Part shown: one piece after another, positions 27,271 through 41,300 of the stretch | Layout of the letters: every line of letters begins with the position of its first letter | How positions within the stretch are numbered: position 1 is the stretch's first letter | NCBI RefSeq assembly: GCF_009914755.1 | Contig: NC_060934.1 | Length of the DNA stretch: 64,000 nucleotides | Reading direction: 5' to 3' (one strand) | Origin: the human T2T-CHM13v2.0 reference genome, Homo sapiens | Translations under genes and position numbers: made by a program | Notes under the pieces: generated by a model | Databases searched by the model: none | What the model was told of the DNA's origin: nothing | What the model saw: only the letters and a program-made list of their open reading frames with translations

Positions 27271-29803
27271 TGAAAAGCTACATCTGTCCGTCCATTATTA
27301 ATAATTCATCACAAATCTTTCATTTCAGGATAAGGAAATGTCATTAGGCCCTCAAGGAAAAAAATGCCTGTTTTCACTCTGGGCTTAGAATTCTTTTCTC
27401 TTCTTTTTTTTCTTGTAGAAATTATATTTCCATCTCTGGGGCTTAGCTCAACTGATATCTCACCTCTTAAATTGTTTTGGCCTTCCTCTGGCAAAGTCCA
27501 GCCCCCCACCCACTCCCACACTGCTGTCCACACCTCACAAAGCAGAGAGGAGGACGGCTATGACTGCACCGTATCCAGCGCCGGGGCTATGTGGTCATGG
27601 GATGTGTGTGCAAGGCTGGCACGGTCATCTCCCCCATACCATAGAGGACGCTGAGGCTTTCAGGTGAAGTGAGTTGCCCAGGTAGACACAGCCAGGAAGC
27701 AGGCTTAGATCCAAACACTTGTCTGATCCCAAAGCCCTGCTCATTCCCCGTCCTCCCTGCTGGCCCTGGTTCATCCTAACCCTTTGCTTTTAGTTCCCCC
27801 TCTCTGGACTGGACGGTCCTCACAGGTAGAACGGCCTGTGCCTGTGTCCTCTGCTCTTAGGGTTAGCCCAGAGCGGGGAGGCCGTGGGTGTGCAGTAATC
27901 AAACTGGGCACATCCTCTGGGGCTGCACCTCATGTTAGAGACAGTGGTGTGGGCTCTGTTCCCCTCCCCACCCTTTCTGCCTGCAGAGCCTCCCTGGAGT
28001 TTATGAGTCCTGATGGAGGTGGGGAAGGCCATGGCTTACCGTCGACACACATCAGTACCCAGCAGGAGTGGCAGAAGGTCTGTGGACAGGGCATAGGGGT
28101 GCAGGGGGAGGAGAAAGTGGAGGGGCTCCAAGCACCCGAACATAAGCTCCATGGCAGCCAGGACCTTGTCTGTCTTGCTTGTTGTAGTTCTAGTGTCTGG
28201 TTCAGGGTCTAGCAAATAGTAGGTGCTTAACAAGTAGGTATCGACTGGGTGGCCTCCGAGCCCTGCTTCCCTGTTTCCCCAAAGCTTTATTGTGGGTTCT
28301 TTAGCTACTGCTGAGATGCAGATAGGCCAAGCTGAGGGACCATCCCGTGTCTGTGACCCTGCCCTGGAGTGGACCACATCTCTGCTGTACCTCACTGTGT
28401 CACTGCTGCAGCAACATGGTGGGCTCTTGGCTGGCTGGAACGTGACCCCACACCCTGCGTCTGGTTGGACAAGCATCCCTCAGCATGGACTGGCTTAGGT
28501 GTGTGTGGGGAGTGGGGGTGGTTGATTCCCAGGGCAGCAGGCCGGCTGCTCTTCCTCCTCCCTGCTGTTCCTCACCCACCCGGCCTCAGCCACTCCATTC
28601 CTGGATGCCCATGTCCCAGTGGCGGCTGGCTGGTCATCCAGAGGCGAATGCGGAACATGGTGTCTGAGCTACTAACCTCCCACCTTGGGTATGCCCTTGA
28701 ACTTTTCTGTAAGCCAGGCTTTCCAACCCCCAACAGCACTCAGGTCACATTCCCAGAGAGCCTGCACAAGAGGGCTGAGTCTGTTTATTTTTCAAGATTT
28801 CAAAAAACATGCCTTTTCCCCCTCTGACCTTAAGCAAAACTTTTTTTTCCCTCCAACACTTGTATTTTTAACTTCATGAGAAAATATGGTAAAAGGGAGC
28901 AGATTTTATTTTCAGAAACTGTGATTTTTCAAGATTTTTTTTTATTTAAAAAAGAAAGGCTTTGGGGGATGGGGAGAATAAAGATTTTTGTTTTGTTTTG
29001 TTTTGGGTGCTAAGGGGGCCCAGAGCCACTTCTCTGTGGCCCCTGCTCAAACTCCTCCAGAGATTCTGGCATGTTGAGGCTGCAGCTCTTTTGGTTATTG
29101 TGATCAAGGATTTCTGGGCACCTTTCCTTCCCCTTTTGAAGACTTAGGACTGGACCAGCTAAGGGCTGTAAACAAGCATTTCCCTCCCTTGGCAGGAAGT
29201 GCTTAATGTCTTTGCTTTTGGGAACCGGTGTTCTGGGCAGGCTAGGAGGCCGCGCCTGACCTGCCTGTGGCTCTCTTCCCACTGTGGGGGTCAGAAGATG
29301 GTGGCTGCCTATGTGCATGTCACAGATCCTCACTTCCAGCTGGTGGATGTAGGATCTGAGGCCCAGAGAAGGTTGGTGACTTGGCCATAGTCACACAGCC
29401 ACCTGGATAGAGATGAGTGGTGAGTGGTGAACCCGGAGAAACATGGCTTCTTGCCTCCTTGGTCTTTGTGCACGGGCCTCCCGCTTCCCGAGTCTCTCCT
29501 GGCCCAGCAGTGGTTTGCTGAAGGCTGTTTTATTTTAGGCACCGGCTGAGCTACCTCTGATCTTGTTGGGTTAGCCTAGGTGTGGTTCTTTGGTTTTTCA
29601 GTTTGTATAACCATGTTCTTTGTTCAGCTCCTATCAGGGTTAGGGAGGTCAAACACCTATGTGTCAGGATACGCCTGACACACACTATTTAAAACTCACA
29701 CTGTTTTAAATGTATAGTATTTAAAACTTTATGGTCAGCTGTACTTACCGGCTGAGTACAGAACTAGGAAAGCTGGTGGCTACTTGCAAGGAGCAGCTGC
29801 TTA

Positions 29804-30217
<414 letters not shown>

Positions 30218-31302
30218 CTACGGCTGTTATTCTGGTTCAGTCTCATTTCTTCTCTCGGACTTTTGCAATAGCCCCTAAAATGCTGTCCTCCTGGTTTTGC
30301 TGACATCGTGATGATTTTAAAGCTGCATCTGACCATTTCCTTTTCACAAAGTGGTTCTCACTTCTGCCTCTAGAAGGCAGGCACTGTCTTCCCTTCCCAG
30401 GTACCCCGCAATCCAGCCATTCCCAAGGACTCACACAGCCCTTGGAAACCTTTCTGCTTAGAATGTTGTCCTGTCCTCTTCTGCTTGGTGGCTACCTACT
30501 TGTCCTTCCGAGTCCCTCTGAGACATCCCACCTCCGGGGAGCCTTCTAGATTCCTTGGGCTGGGTTTCCCCTTCTGTGTGTGTGTAGCCTTCTGCTCACA
30601 TAGGTCCTGCAACAGCCCTGTGTTGAGACATAATCATCTCTTCCTTGTTTGTCTCATCTTCTGGGCTGGGCTCCTCTAAGGAGGGGCTGCTTTCCATCCT
30701 TGTGTTCCTGGCAGCAAAGCCACTGCCTGTCCAAGTCAGAGACAGGAGCATGATTATTCAGTGAATGAGCCCAGGATGGAGTGAGGAGGATTGTGGGAGA
30801 ACAGGAGGGTCAGACAGATTGTTCTGTAGTGGTGGCTTTGCAGAGGGGCAAGACTTCTGCAAGTCAGTCCTTGAGGGATGAGCGGACATTAGATTGGTAG
30901 GTGAATTTGGGATGGGGGATGTGCTAGAGGCCCCAGAGCCAGCCGCAGGGTATGGGGTGATCTGGCTGGTTGTACATTTTTCTCCATGATCTTCATGTTT
31001 CGTGTAGACTGATCCCTTCTACTTTCTGAAAGCTGCCATTGGAGGTGAAGCAGGGCTCCTTTGGATTTGTGGTATCACCAATTCGGCAGGAGACGCAGTG
31101 AAGCTACACCCAGCTAGACCCATTTAGCTACACCCAGGGTTGGGCGTTCAGCCTGGCATCCTTGGAAAAACAGGTCTGGGTGCAGGCTCCCTGTGGCCAC
31201 TGGCAGGATCCTTTGTTCAGTCTGGAGCTGGGTGTGATGGTGTGACCACGGCTGCCTCGGGCGCTGGTGGGTGCAGAGCTGCTTCCTGGAGCCAGGAAGG
31301 AA

Positions 31303-31322
31303 CTGCTGCTGCTGCCTCCTCC

Positions 31323-31402
<80 letters not shown>

Positions 31403-31973
31403 CTCCTCTTCCTCCTCCTCTTCTTCCTCCTCTTCCTCCTTCTCTTCTTCCTCCTCCTCTTCCTCCTCATCCTCCTCCTTCTCTTCTTCCTCCTCATCCT
31501 CTTCCTGATCCTCCTCCTTATCCTCATCCTCCTCCTTCTTCTCTTCTTCCTCTTCATCCTCTTCCTCATCCTCCTCCTTATCCTCATCCTCCTCCTTCTT
31601 CTCTTCCTCCTCATCCTGCTCCTTATCCTCATTCTCCTCTTTATCCTCATTCTCTTCCTTCTTCTCCTTTTCCTCCTCATCCTCCTCCTCCTTCTGCTCA
31701 TCTTCTTCCTCCTCCTCCTCTTCTTCTTCCTCCTTTTCCTCCTCTTTTTCCTCCTTCTCTTCCTCCTCTTTTTCCTCCTTCTCCTCCTCTTCCTCCTTCT
31801 CCTCCTCTTCCTCCTTCTTCTCCTCCTCTTCCTCCTTCTCCTCCTCTTCCTCCTTCTTCTCCTCCTCTTCCTCCTTCTCCTCCTCCTCTTCCTCCTTCTC
31901 CTCCTCTTCCTCCTCCTTCTCCTCTTCCTCCTTCTCCTCTTCCTCCTTCTCCTCATCTTCCTCCTCCTCTTCC

Positions 31974-32004
<31 letters not shown>

Positions 32005-32167
32005 TCTCCTATTCCTCCTCCTCCTCTTCCTCCTTCTCCTCCTATTCCTCCTTCCCCTCCTCTTCCTCTTCCTCCTCCTTCTCCTCCTCTTCCTCTTTCT
32101 CCTCCTCTTCCTCCTTCTCCTCCTATTCCTCCTTCTCCTCCTCATCCTCCTTTCTTCCTCTTCCTTC
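31303..32167 (+). repeat. (CTG)4 followed by ~850-bp degenerate (CCT/CTT/TCT/CAT)n trinucleotide tract
   Basis: Read directly; triplet phase is kept almost throughout (the L/F/I-only and P-rich ORFs stay open). Confidence 0.98.
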
Positions 32168-32412
32168 ACAAACACATGGTGCCTCGGCTTCACAGGGATA
32201 GCCCCCATGTTCATCTGCTCATTGCTTCTGGGTTGCTGCCTTGGGCAGGTGGCTATTTTGGGGTCTTTCAGATAATTTAAAAAAACCCAATACCCTAAAC
32301 CTCCCCAAACCTAATTCTCACCCTCAGGGCCTAAGTACATTTGAAATTGCACACAAACTTAAGGTTGCTGTGTGCTAGATGGGATGCGGTGAGGGACAAG
32401 GCTCTCCAATCA

Positions 32413-32736
32413 TAGTTGTTCCTAGGTGTCTGTGAGGGATTGGTTCCAGGATCTCCTGAGGATACCAAAATCTGCAGATGCACAAGTCCCTGACAGAAAA
32501 TGGTGTCATATTTGCATATAACCTATACACACCCTCTGGTATATTTTAACTCATCTCTAGATATAATGTAAATGCTATGTAAATAGTTGCTATACTGTAT
32601 TGTTTAGGGAATAATGGCAACAGAAAAAGTCCATACATATTCAGTACAGATACAGTTTTTTTTTTTTCTGAATGTTTTCAATCCATGGTTGATTAAATCC
32701 ACAAATGCAGAGCCCGTGGATATGGGAGGCCAACTG
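32413..32736 (+). mobile_element. MER2 (TcMar-Tigger)
   Basis: GGGATTGGTTCCAGGA...GATACCAAAATC...GGAGGCCAACTG. Confidence 0.9.
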
Positions 32737-33042
32737 CGTGTTGACTTTATGTTTTACAAAGCACCCTCTAATCATTGAATACTGGGAAACTTCAAGCTCT
32801 GGGCCAGGCACTGCACTCAGCATTTGGTGGCTTCATCTCCTGTCATATTCTGGAGCCGTATGAACAAGAATTTTCCCATCTTATAAATAAAAGAGCGAAG
32901 ACCTGAAGAAGTTATGTATAAGCTGTTGTTTAAGGTTATGCAGCCAGGAAGTGGCTTACTCTCTTTGAATCTTACCCCATTCTTGTGAAACAGGTGGAGG
33001 ACATATTTTTATCTCCCATTTAACACACAAGAGACTTGAGGT

Positions 33043-33130
33043 GGCTGGATGCCGTGGCTCACACCTGTGATTCCAGCACTTTGGGAGGCTGAGGTGGGTG
33101 GATCACTTGAGGTCAGGAGTTTGAGACCAG
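33043..33130 (+). mobile_element. Alu left-arm fragment (3' part lost)
   Basis: First ~88 nt of Alu, then abrupt unique sequence with no A tail. Confidence 0.88.
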
Positions 33131-34502
33131 TGGGTGCTTTTCTCTGGCGACGCCCAGTCTGTTTCATTAGCTAACAGATGCTAAGCTCTACCATGGGATA
33201 ATTGTAAAACCTTGAATGCAAAGCTTGAATACAATTGAGGAGCAGAGATGGGGTATACAGCAAGCACTCTGTGTATTAAGTGATTGTTGTTCCTCGTCTG
33301 TCTTTTGACCTCCCAGTGCACAGCCATGGGTCTGTCACTCTGGTGACCTTTGGCCGTGGGCATTGGGAGGATAGTTTATGTTGACTGCGGATTGCCAGGT
33401 ACCAAGTATCAGGCAAATTGGCTTCTTTGTACATTCCTCCTTCCGGATAGACCTTGGGCCTCCTCGTCACTGCCCAGGAGATTTGCTGGGAATCTAGGAG
33501 GGAGTGGATGATGGCCTGGATGCCTGGGTGGTGCTGCCTCTGCCCCGAGGCAGCAGTCAGTGCCAGGGTGGGGCTGGGTGGGTGCTGCCATCGCCTCGGG
33601 GTGGTACCCGAGTCTGGAGTAGGAACAATACTCTATTGTTACGTTAAACCTGAAATAGACGCCTTCAGATGGAGGGGGTGAGTATGAATCTATTACGATC
33701 TAATAATGACAAGAGCACTCTGTGTCTTTTCAGATGCTTGACAATCACCTGCTAATCCCGGGGGTCTGGGAGCTGAGCATTTTCAACCTCCACCCCCACC
33801 TCTGCTTTGTGGAGTTGGGGAAAAACAGAGACCCAGGAGCTGTGAAATGAGGGAGGCTCAGCTTCTCCACTTACTTTCATGGTGTGAGGAGACGCATGTG
33901 TATTTGCCTCTGACCCCTCCTGCAGGGAGGAAAGCGTACCTGGATCTGGGTGAGAGGCATGTGTGGTGATGAGAACATTTCACAGACCCAAGTTCAAATC
34001 TCTGCTCTGCCACTCGAGCATATTTCAGAACCTGTCCTAGTCTCAATTTCTTGGTAAGGTGAGACTATAACCACTTTTAATGGGTCCACAAGGCCTGATC
34101 CAACCCAGCAGGTGCTCTTGCGGGTGAGGACCACATCTCGGTTGGTTAGACGTGTCCCCCCAGCCCTCTGCCAGGACCTAGGAGTTGGGGTGAGGGGCTG
34201 GGTTGCAGGGAAATGTTGAATCCCAAAAGCAGATTTCCCAGGCAGGCACTGTCCTGACCCAACCTGCCGCCAGCCACCTGTCAAGCTGGACCTCTGGGCT
34301 TTTCTCTCCAAATGCTCTTGTTCTCAGGAAAGGGCCAAGACTCACCCCAGGCACAAGATAAGTAGGAATCAGGTGTGAGCCAGTGGTCAGGAGATTTGGG
34401 TCTAGACTCTGTGTGGCCAGGGTCATTGCTCAGGCTCGCAGGGCTAAGGAGGAGGGAGGCAGGGGGAGACATATAATTTCTAGAACTTCTGAGGTTCTAG
34501 GA

Positions 34503-34696
34503 CAGGGGCCAGCAAACTGTGACCCTTAGGCCAGTTCTATTTTTACAAATAAAGTTCTTTAGTTCTTTTGGAACAGAGCCATGCCTATTTTTTACATATT
34601 GCCTATGGCTGTTTTGCTCTCCAATGGCAGAACAGGGTAGTCTTGACAGAGACCATGTGGTCTGCAAAGACAAAGCCTCTTTATAGAAAAAGTCTG
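34503..34696 (+). mobile_element. MER58A (hAT-Charlie)
   Basis: CAGGGGCCAGCAAACT...AAATAAAGTT...GGAACAGAGCCATGCC...AGAAAAAGT. Confidence 0.85.
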
Positions 34697-35047
<351 letters not shown>

Positions 35048-35158
35048 TTAAGGGCAGAGAACATATCCTGTTTGTGGGGCCCTAGACTCAACACTGGTCA
35101 GGACACAGTTGGCGCTCAATAGATATTAGCTGAATAAATAAGTGGAAAACCCATCAGG

Positions 35159-35767
35159 CATTGCTGGTGGGAATGTAAACTAGTACAGCCACTATGGAAA
35201 ACCATGTGGAGGTCCATTAAAGAAGTAAAAGTAGAACTACCATTTGATCCAGCAATCCCACTCCTGGGTATCTACCCAGAGGAAAATAAGTCATTATATG
35301 GAAAAGATAGTTGCACACGCATATTTATAGCAGCAAAATCATGGAACCATCCCAAATGCCTGTCAATCAATGAGTAGATAAAGAAACTGAGATATATATA
35401 TATATGATGGAATACTACTCAGCCATAAAAAGGCATGAATTAATGGCATTTGCAGCGACCTGGATGAGATTGGAGACTATTACTCTAAGTGAAGTAACTC
35501 AGGAATGGAAAACCAAACATCGTATGTTCTCACTGATATGTGGGAGCTGAGATATGAGGACACGAAGGCATAAGAATGATACGATGGACTTCAGGGACTT
35601 GTGGGGAAGGGTGGGGGGTGGTGGGGCATAAAATAGTAAGGTGCAGCGTATACTGCTTGGGTGATGGGTGCGCCAGAATCTCACAAATCACCACTAAAGA
35701 ACTTACTCATACCACCTGTACCCCAATAACTTATGGGAAAAATATTTTAAAAATAATAATAAAAAAA
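35159..35767 (+). mobile_element. 5'-truncated L1PB1-like 3' end
   Basis: CTACCCAGAGGAAAATAAGTCATTATAT and AAGTAACTCAGGAATGGAAAACCAAACATCG diagnostics; perfect 14-bp TSD GAAAACCCATCAGG (35145-35158 / 35768-35781). Confidence 0.93.
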
Positions 35768-35784
35768 GAAAACCCATCAGGATG

Positions 35785-36280
35785 ATTTGGGCTTCAAGAA
35801 ATAAGGCTTGATTACAAATGGTTTAAACAATAGCAAATGTTTATCATCCCACATTAGAAGAAGTCTGGAGCTAGGTGGCCCCAGGACGAGCTTGGCAGCT
35901 CAGCAGTGCCATCAAGGACCCAGGCTCTTCTTATTTTTCTCCACCAGCATCCTCGACATATTGGCTTGGTTCTCGGGCTTGTCCCTTCATGTCACAAAAT
36001 GGCTGCAACAGTTCCAGGCGTCACGTCTAGTCCCATTTAGATGCTCAGCTGAAGAAGGTACTTTTGGAAAAGAACCTTTCCTAAAGCTCCCCAGCAGACA
36101 CCCTCCATCAGTTCTACTAGCCAGAACCAGATCACATAGCAAATGCCCTAACTGCAAGGTAGGCTGGACAAGTGAATATTTGGCTTTTTCTGACTCTGTA
36201 GTTGAGGTGGACTCTGTCCACAGGAGTAAAGGGAGAGGAACCACTGGCTGGTGAACAGGCACTGTTCAATGTCTGCCACA
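35785..36280 (-). mobile_element. Old MaLR LTR (MLT1J/L/N-like)
   Basis: CATCAAGGACCCAGGCTC...AAAATGGCTGCAACAGTTCCAGGC...ACTGCAAGGTAGGCTGG...GTCTGCCACA. Confidence 0.65.
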
Positions 36281-37273
36281 AAGTTCTGCTGCAGATGGAA
36301 GAAGAGATGTTTAGTTGTGGCTGGGGAGGGCAGGCAGGGGTGGCAGAAAAGGTTTCTTGGAGGAGGTCCTGGAACAACTGGTCAAAGTGAAGGCTGCTGT
36401 GGAGGACGTCATGGTGCATCATTAATTCTGGTTGCTGGTAGGAAATGGTTCCCATGGCTGACAGACTCTGATGAGCGTCTCTCATGGCTTTGGCATATTA
36501 TGGAGTTTTTCCTCCTAAAATCAGTTTTGCGGCCCTCATAGAACAACCCTTGAGGGGGGTTGTATATATAATCTTTATTTTCTAGACAAGTCAATTAAAG
36601 CTGCCAGAAGTGAGGTGACTCGTCCACAAGCAGCACGTTCTGTGGACAGAGCCTAGGACTGACTGAGTCCAAGCGCAGGGCCCCACCCCCAGTGCTCTTG
36701 TGCAGAAAGACATACTGGTCACCCTGTGGGCAGCCACCTGACCTGTGAGAACTTGGATTCTGTCCTGGTATCTGGTGGCCACAGCTGAAGCTGGCAGCTC
36801 CCCTCACACCAAGATAGGAGCCTTCTGGGAGCTGGCCAGCCAGGAGAGCAGCCTCAGTGAGGAGCTTCCAAAGGGATTTGGTGTCATTAAGGGCTCCCTT
36901 CTTCGGGACACTGCATGGAGACTGGAGGAAGGAGTCGGGAGTTGTATGGGCCCAGACCCTGCCATGGGGTTGGTTTGGAAATAGAAGCTACCAGAGAGAT
37001 CTCATTCTTTCTTGGGTGTAATTTCAAAGTCATGGTGAGAAAATGAAATGTGATGAAGCTGTAGTGTTGGCCTAGAACAGGATCTGGCATTTAGAAAGTT
37101 TGGCGAATGTTAGTGCAGTTGTTCCCATTATCACTATCACCATAATTGTCATCACCACCTCTGTTGTATGGGAGCCCTGACAGCCTGCAGATGGGTGAAG
37201 AGTCTGGCCTCCCCACTGTACAGAGGTCAGATGTCTCTCCCATCCTCCACCAGGCTTCTCTGGCAAAGGACTT

Positions 37274-37671
37274 TGCTATGGTTTGAATGTCCCTGCCAAT
37301 ACTCAGTTAAAATGTGATTGCCATTGCGATGATACTATGAAGTAGAACTGGTTAAGAGGTGATTAGGCCATGAGGGCTCTGCCATTATGAATGGATTAAT
37401 GTTGTCAACTCAGGAGCGGGTTTGTTATGACAAGAATAGGTTGTTATAACAACCTACTCCTGTTTGGCCCCCTCTTGCTCTCTTGCTCTTGCCCCCTCTT
37501 GCCCTTCTGCCTTCCACCACAGAGTGATGTAGCGCGAAGGCCCTTGCCAGATGCTGAAGTCATGCTCTTGGACTTCCCAGCCTCCAGAACCATGAAATAA
37601 ATAAACCTCTGTTGTTTATAAATTACCCAGTCTCAGGTATTCTGTTATAGCAACACAAAACAGACTAAGCA
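37274..37671 (+). mobile_element. MST (MSTC-like) solo LTR
   Basis: TGCTATGGTTTGAATGT start, CCCAGTCTCAGGTATTCTGTTATAGCAAC end, perfect 5-bp TSD GACTT. Confidence 0.92.
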
Positions 37672-38269
37672 GACTTCTGGGTTGAACTCAATGGAAACTT
37701 CTTGTTCTAACCTTATGATCTCTGAGCAGCATTTGAAATTGACTCACTGTCTTTGCTTGAAATTCATTTATTGCTGGGGCTCAGGACCCTACCCTCACTG
37801 GGACCTCACTTTGTCTTTCTAGCTATGTTTCTTCCTGAAATATTGACGGCCCTGGACTCAGGCCTCAGCATTCTGGGGGAAGTGCCTCTACTCAGAGTTA
37901 ACATTTATTGAGCACTTACTGCATGCATGTGCTATGCTCAGCACTGTACATATCTTGTTTAATCCTCATGATGCAGCTCTCTGAGGTCAGTACTATTTGG
38001 TCATTTATTCACTCATTCACCAAGATTTTTGGGCTCCTACTATATACAAGGCACAATTCCAAGTGCCTAATAAGGCAGATGTGTTCCTACCTCTGGGGAG
38101 CTGACACCTAGTGGGAATTATTCAGGTTAACAGGAAACAGAGTGGAGACCTGAGGCTTCTTACCCAGTCACAGCCCTGGTGGGCAGAGGAGCCAACTCTA
38201 GTGCCGTGCTCTTGAATGCTTTGTTTCTGGTCCCACCGATGGCCGTGAATCCCTCACTTCCAGTGCACA

Positions 38270-38910
38270 TATCTCTCTTGATGCCATTGACTCTGCCAGG
38301 GTGTTCTCGGCATCTCAAACTTAGCATTTTCGATAGGTTTTATTGCTAGTGTTGTTTTTGTTCTCTCTGAATGTGCTCTGCCTTTTCACCCTGCATCCAC
38401 AAATGGCCTGGGAGCCTGTCTCAACAACCCCTCCCTTAATCTCCAAATCCTGTTATCAAGAGTGGTCAGATCAGCTTCTTCAGTGCACCCCCAGGACCCC
38501 ATTCTTACTCTTCCTGCCATGGTTCCAGCCCCGCACTTCCTGGACACCCTTCGTTCTTTTCATGCTCTGGCATGTTCAGCTTTGCTTTCTCTTCACTGAG
38601 CCTTTGCACATGCTGTTCCCTCTGCCAGGAATTCCATTTACCCCCCAGCCACATCCCCCACTCCTGGCCAACTTCAGCCTTTGCTCAAACACTGCCTGCC
38701 ACAGGGCCTCCCTGACTCTCCCTGCAGACTTTCCCCATGCTCCCTGCGGTGTGCACATTCAACCCTCCTTGAGTCACACCTTTTATTAAAGTAAAGGCTG
38801 GCACATCCACTTCCCACCACCCTGGGAGACGGGGACCAGGCCCTGTCTCCTCTTTCATCTTCAGTGCCAAGAATAGCAGGTATTCATTGACCAGCAGAAT
38901 GAATAAATGA
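38270..38910 (+). mobile_element. L2 fragment(s)
   Basis: GCATCTCAAACTTAGCAT, GCCTTTGCACATGCTGTTCCCTCTGCCAGGAA, GAATGAATAAATGAAT tail. Confidence 0.7.
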
Positions 38911-38930
38911 ATATTGGAGTAGGTTTCTGA

Positions 38931-39250
<320 letters not shown>

Positions 39251-39596
39251 TTATCTTTCATACCAGGAGAGACAGTAAAATCCTGGGTTTCCTTTGTGGA
39301 GCCTTAAGTTCATCTAACTCAGTAGTTTCCAAACTTGCTTAAATGTCTTAGAAACCTGTTGTGCCTCACTTTAGTGGTTCTGGGATGGGGGAGTTGTCCC
39401 TAGGGAATCCTGCAGGGTCCTGTTGAAAGAGTTTGAGAACTGCAGCTGTAGTGCAAGGCCTCATTTTCTGCAAGAAGGAAGTGCAGAGAAGGAATGGGTT
39501 GAAGGTGCCCTTGACCATATAGTGACTGAGCCTGGAGTAGCGTGCTGGGCTCTTGGCTCCCCCTGCAGTGTGTCACAGACTCTTCATTTAAGCAGA

Positions 39597-39620
39597 TGTG
39601 TGTGTGTGTGTGTGTGTGTG
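39597..39620. repeat. (TG)12 microsatellite
   Basis: Read directly. Confidence 0.97.
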
Positions 39621-39798
39621 TTTAATACACTTTAAGTTCTAGGGTACATGTGCACAACCTGCAGGTTTGTTACATATGTATACATGTGCCATGTTGGTGT
39701 GCTGCATCCGTTAACTCGTCATTTACATTAGGTATATCTCCTAATGCTAGCCCTCCCCCTTCCCCACCCCACGACAGGCCCCGGTGTGTGATGTTCCC
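39600..39798 (-). mobile_element. Short 5'-truncated L1PA (PA5/6-like) 3' UTR
   Basis: ACTTTAAGTTCTAGGGTACATGTGCACAA...GTGTGATGTTCCC; TSD TAAGCAGATGT (39589-39599 / 39799-39809). Confidence 0.92.
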
Positions 39799-40084
39799 TA
39801 AGCAGATGTTCTTAAGGGGAAGCAGCCTTTTCTTCCTGGTGTACTCAGCTTCCCTGGCATCAAGCATTCCCTGCAAAAGGCTTGGTGGGGATTTTTCTTT
39901 AAACTTAAAATGTTGTTCTCCCTAAAGAAAAATGCGCTGCTGAGTGGAAAAATCTGCATGTCTCATGACCCTGGGTGCCGCTGTGCCACAGGTTTTTATG
40001 AGTTGGCAAATATGTTTTTAAAATGGAGAGGTGTGCAGGAAGTGAGCCAGCAAGGAAGGAGAATATAAGTCGTCTTTTTTGCAG

Positions 40085-40237
40085 GATGCAAAATTGGGTT
40101 TATTTGCAGACTGATGTGTTACCTTCTAAAGGACTAGCCACAACGTTTGACCCTCAATCTAAGGTCAACACTGCTATCCATTGCTCACAGACCAGAGTGC
40201 ATCTCCCATGAGGCAAAAGAGCAGGTGTGAGAAGTGG
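40085..40237 (+). other. Candidate non-coding exon (153 nt)
   Basis: Acceptor CGTCTTTTTTGCAG|G, donor TGG|GTAAGC; stops in all three frames. Confidence 0.3.
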
Positions 40238-40351
40238 GTAAGCAGTCTGTATATTGGGGGTGTGGTGGATGGCATAGGGGATAACTCAGTCTAATGAAAG
40301 ACATCAATGTGCCATTGGGAAAGGACAGAGGTTGCCCCCTCTTTCCCCCAG

Positions 40352-40500
40352 ATAGTCGCCCAGCTTATAAATGCATAGATCTGGGACAGAGAATAAGGTT
40401 CACCTAGGTTCCCCCTAATCACAGGCGGAACTAGGACTTTGGGAGATGATCTCACCTGCCTTTCATTTCCAAGAGATCAGTAGCACTTGTATTTTAAGAG
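40352..40500 (+). other. Candidate non-coding exon (149 nt)
   Basis: Acceptor TTGCCCCCTCTTTCCCCCAG|A, donor GAG|GTGAGT. Confidence 0.3.
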
Positions 40501-40608
40501 GTGAGTCCTTCTATGAATATCTTGACCTTGAGGTTTACAAAGGACTTCCAGACCATGGGGTTTGCTTTTTATCAAGTCGTACTGTTTACATAAAGAAGTG
40601 CAGAACCT

Positions 40609-41300
<692 letters not shown>

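Noticed and set aside
26438-27347. 262-268 aa R/G/E/K-rich ORFs
   Set aside because: A purine-only repeat cannot encode stop codons.
31102-31137. AGCTACACCC repeated about 3 times
   Set aside because: Too short and degenerate to be a CRISPR-like or functional array; probably local slippage.
31114-32280. 334-366 aa protamine-like, extensin-like or poly-Leu ORFs
   Set aside because: They derive from the trinucleotide repeat, use non-ATG or incidental starts and have no gene context.
34400-34407. SMAD palindrome GTCTAGAC (also at 60920-60927)
   Set aside because: About one copy of any 8-mer is expected in 64 kb, so two is not informative without ChIP data.
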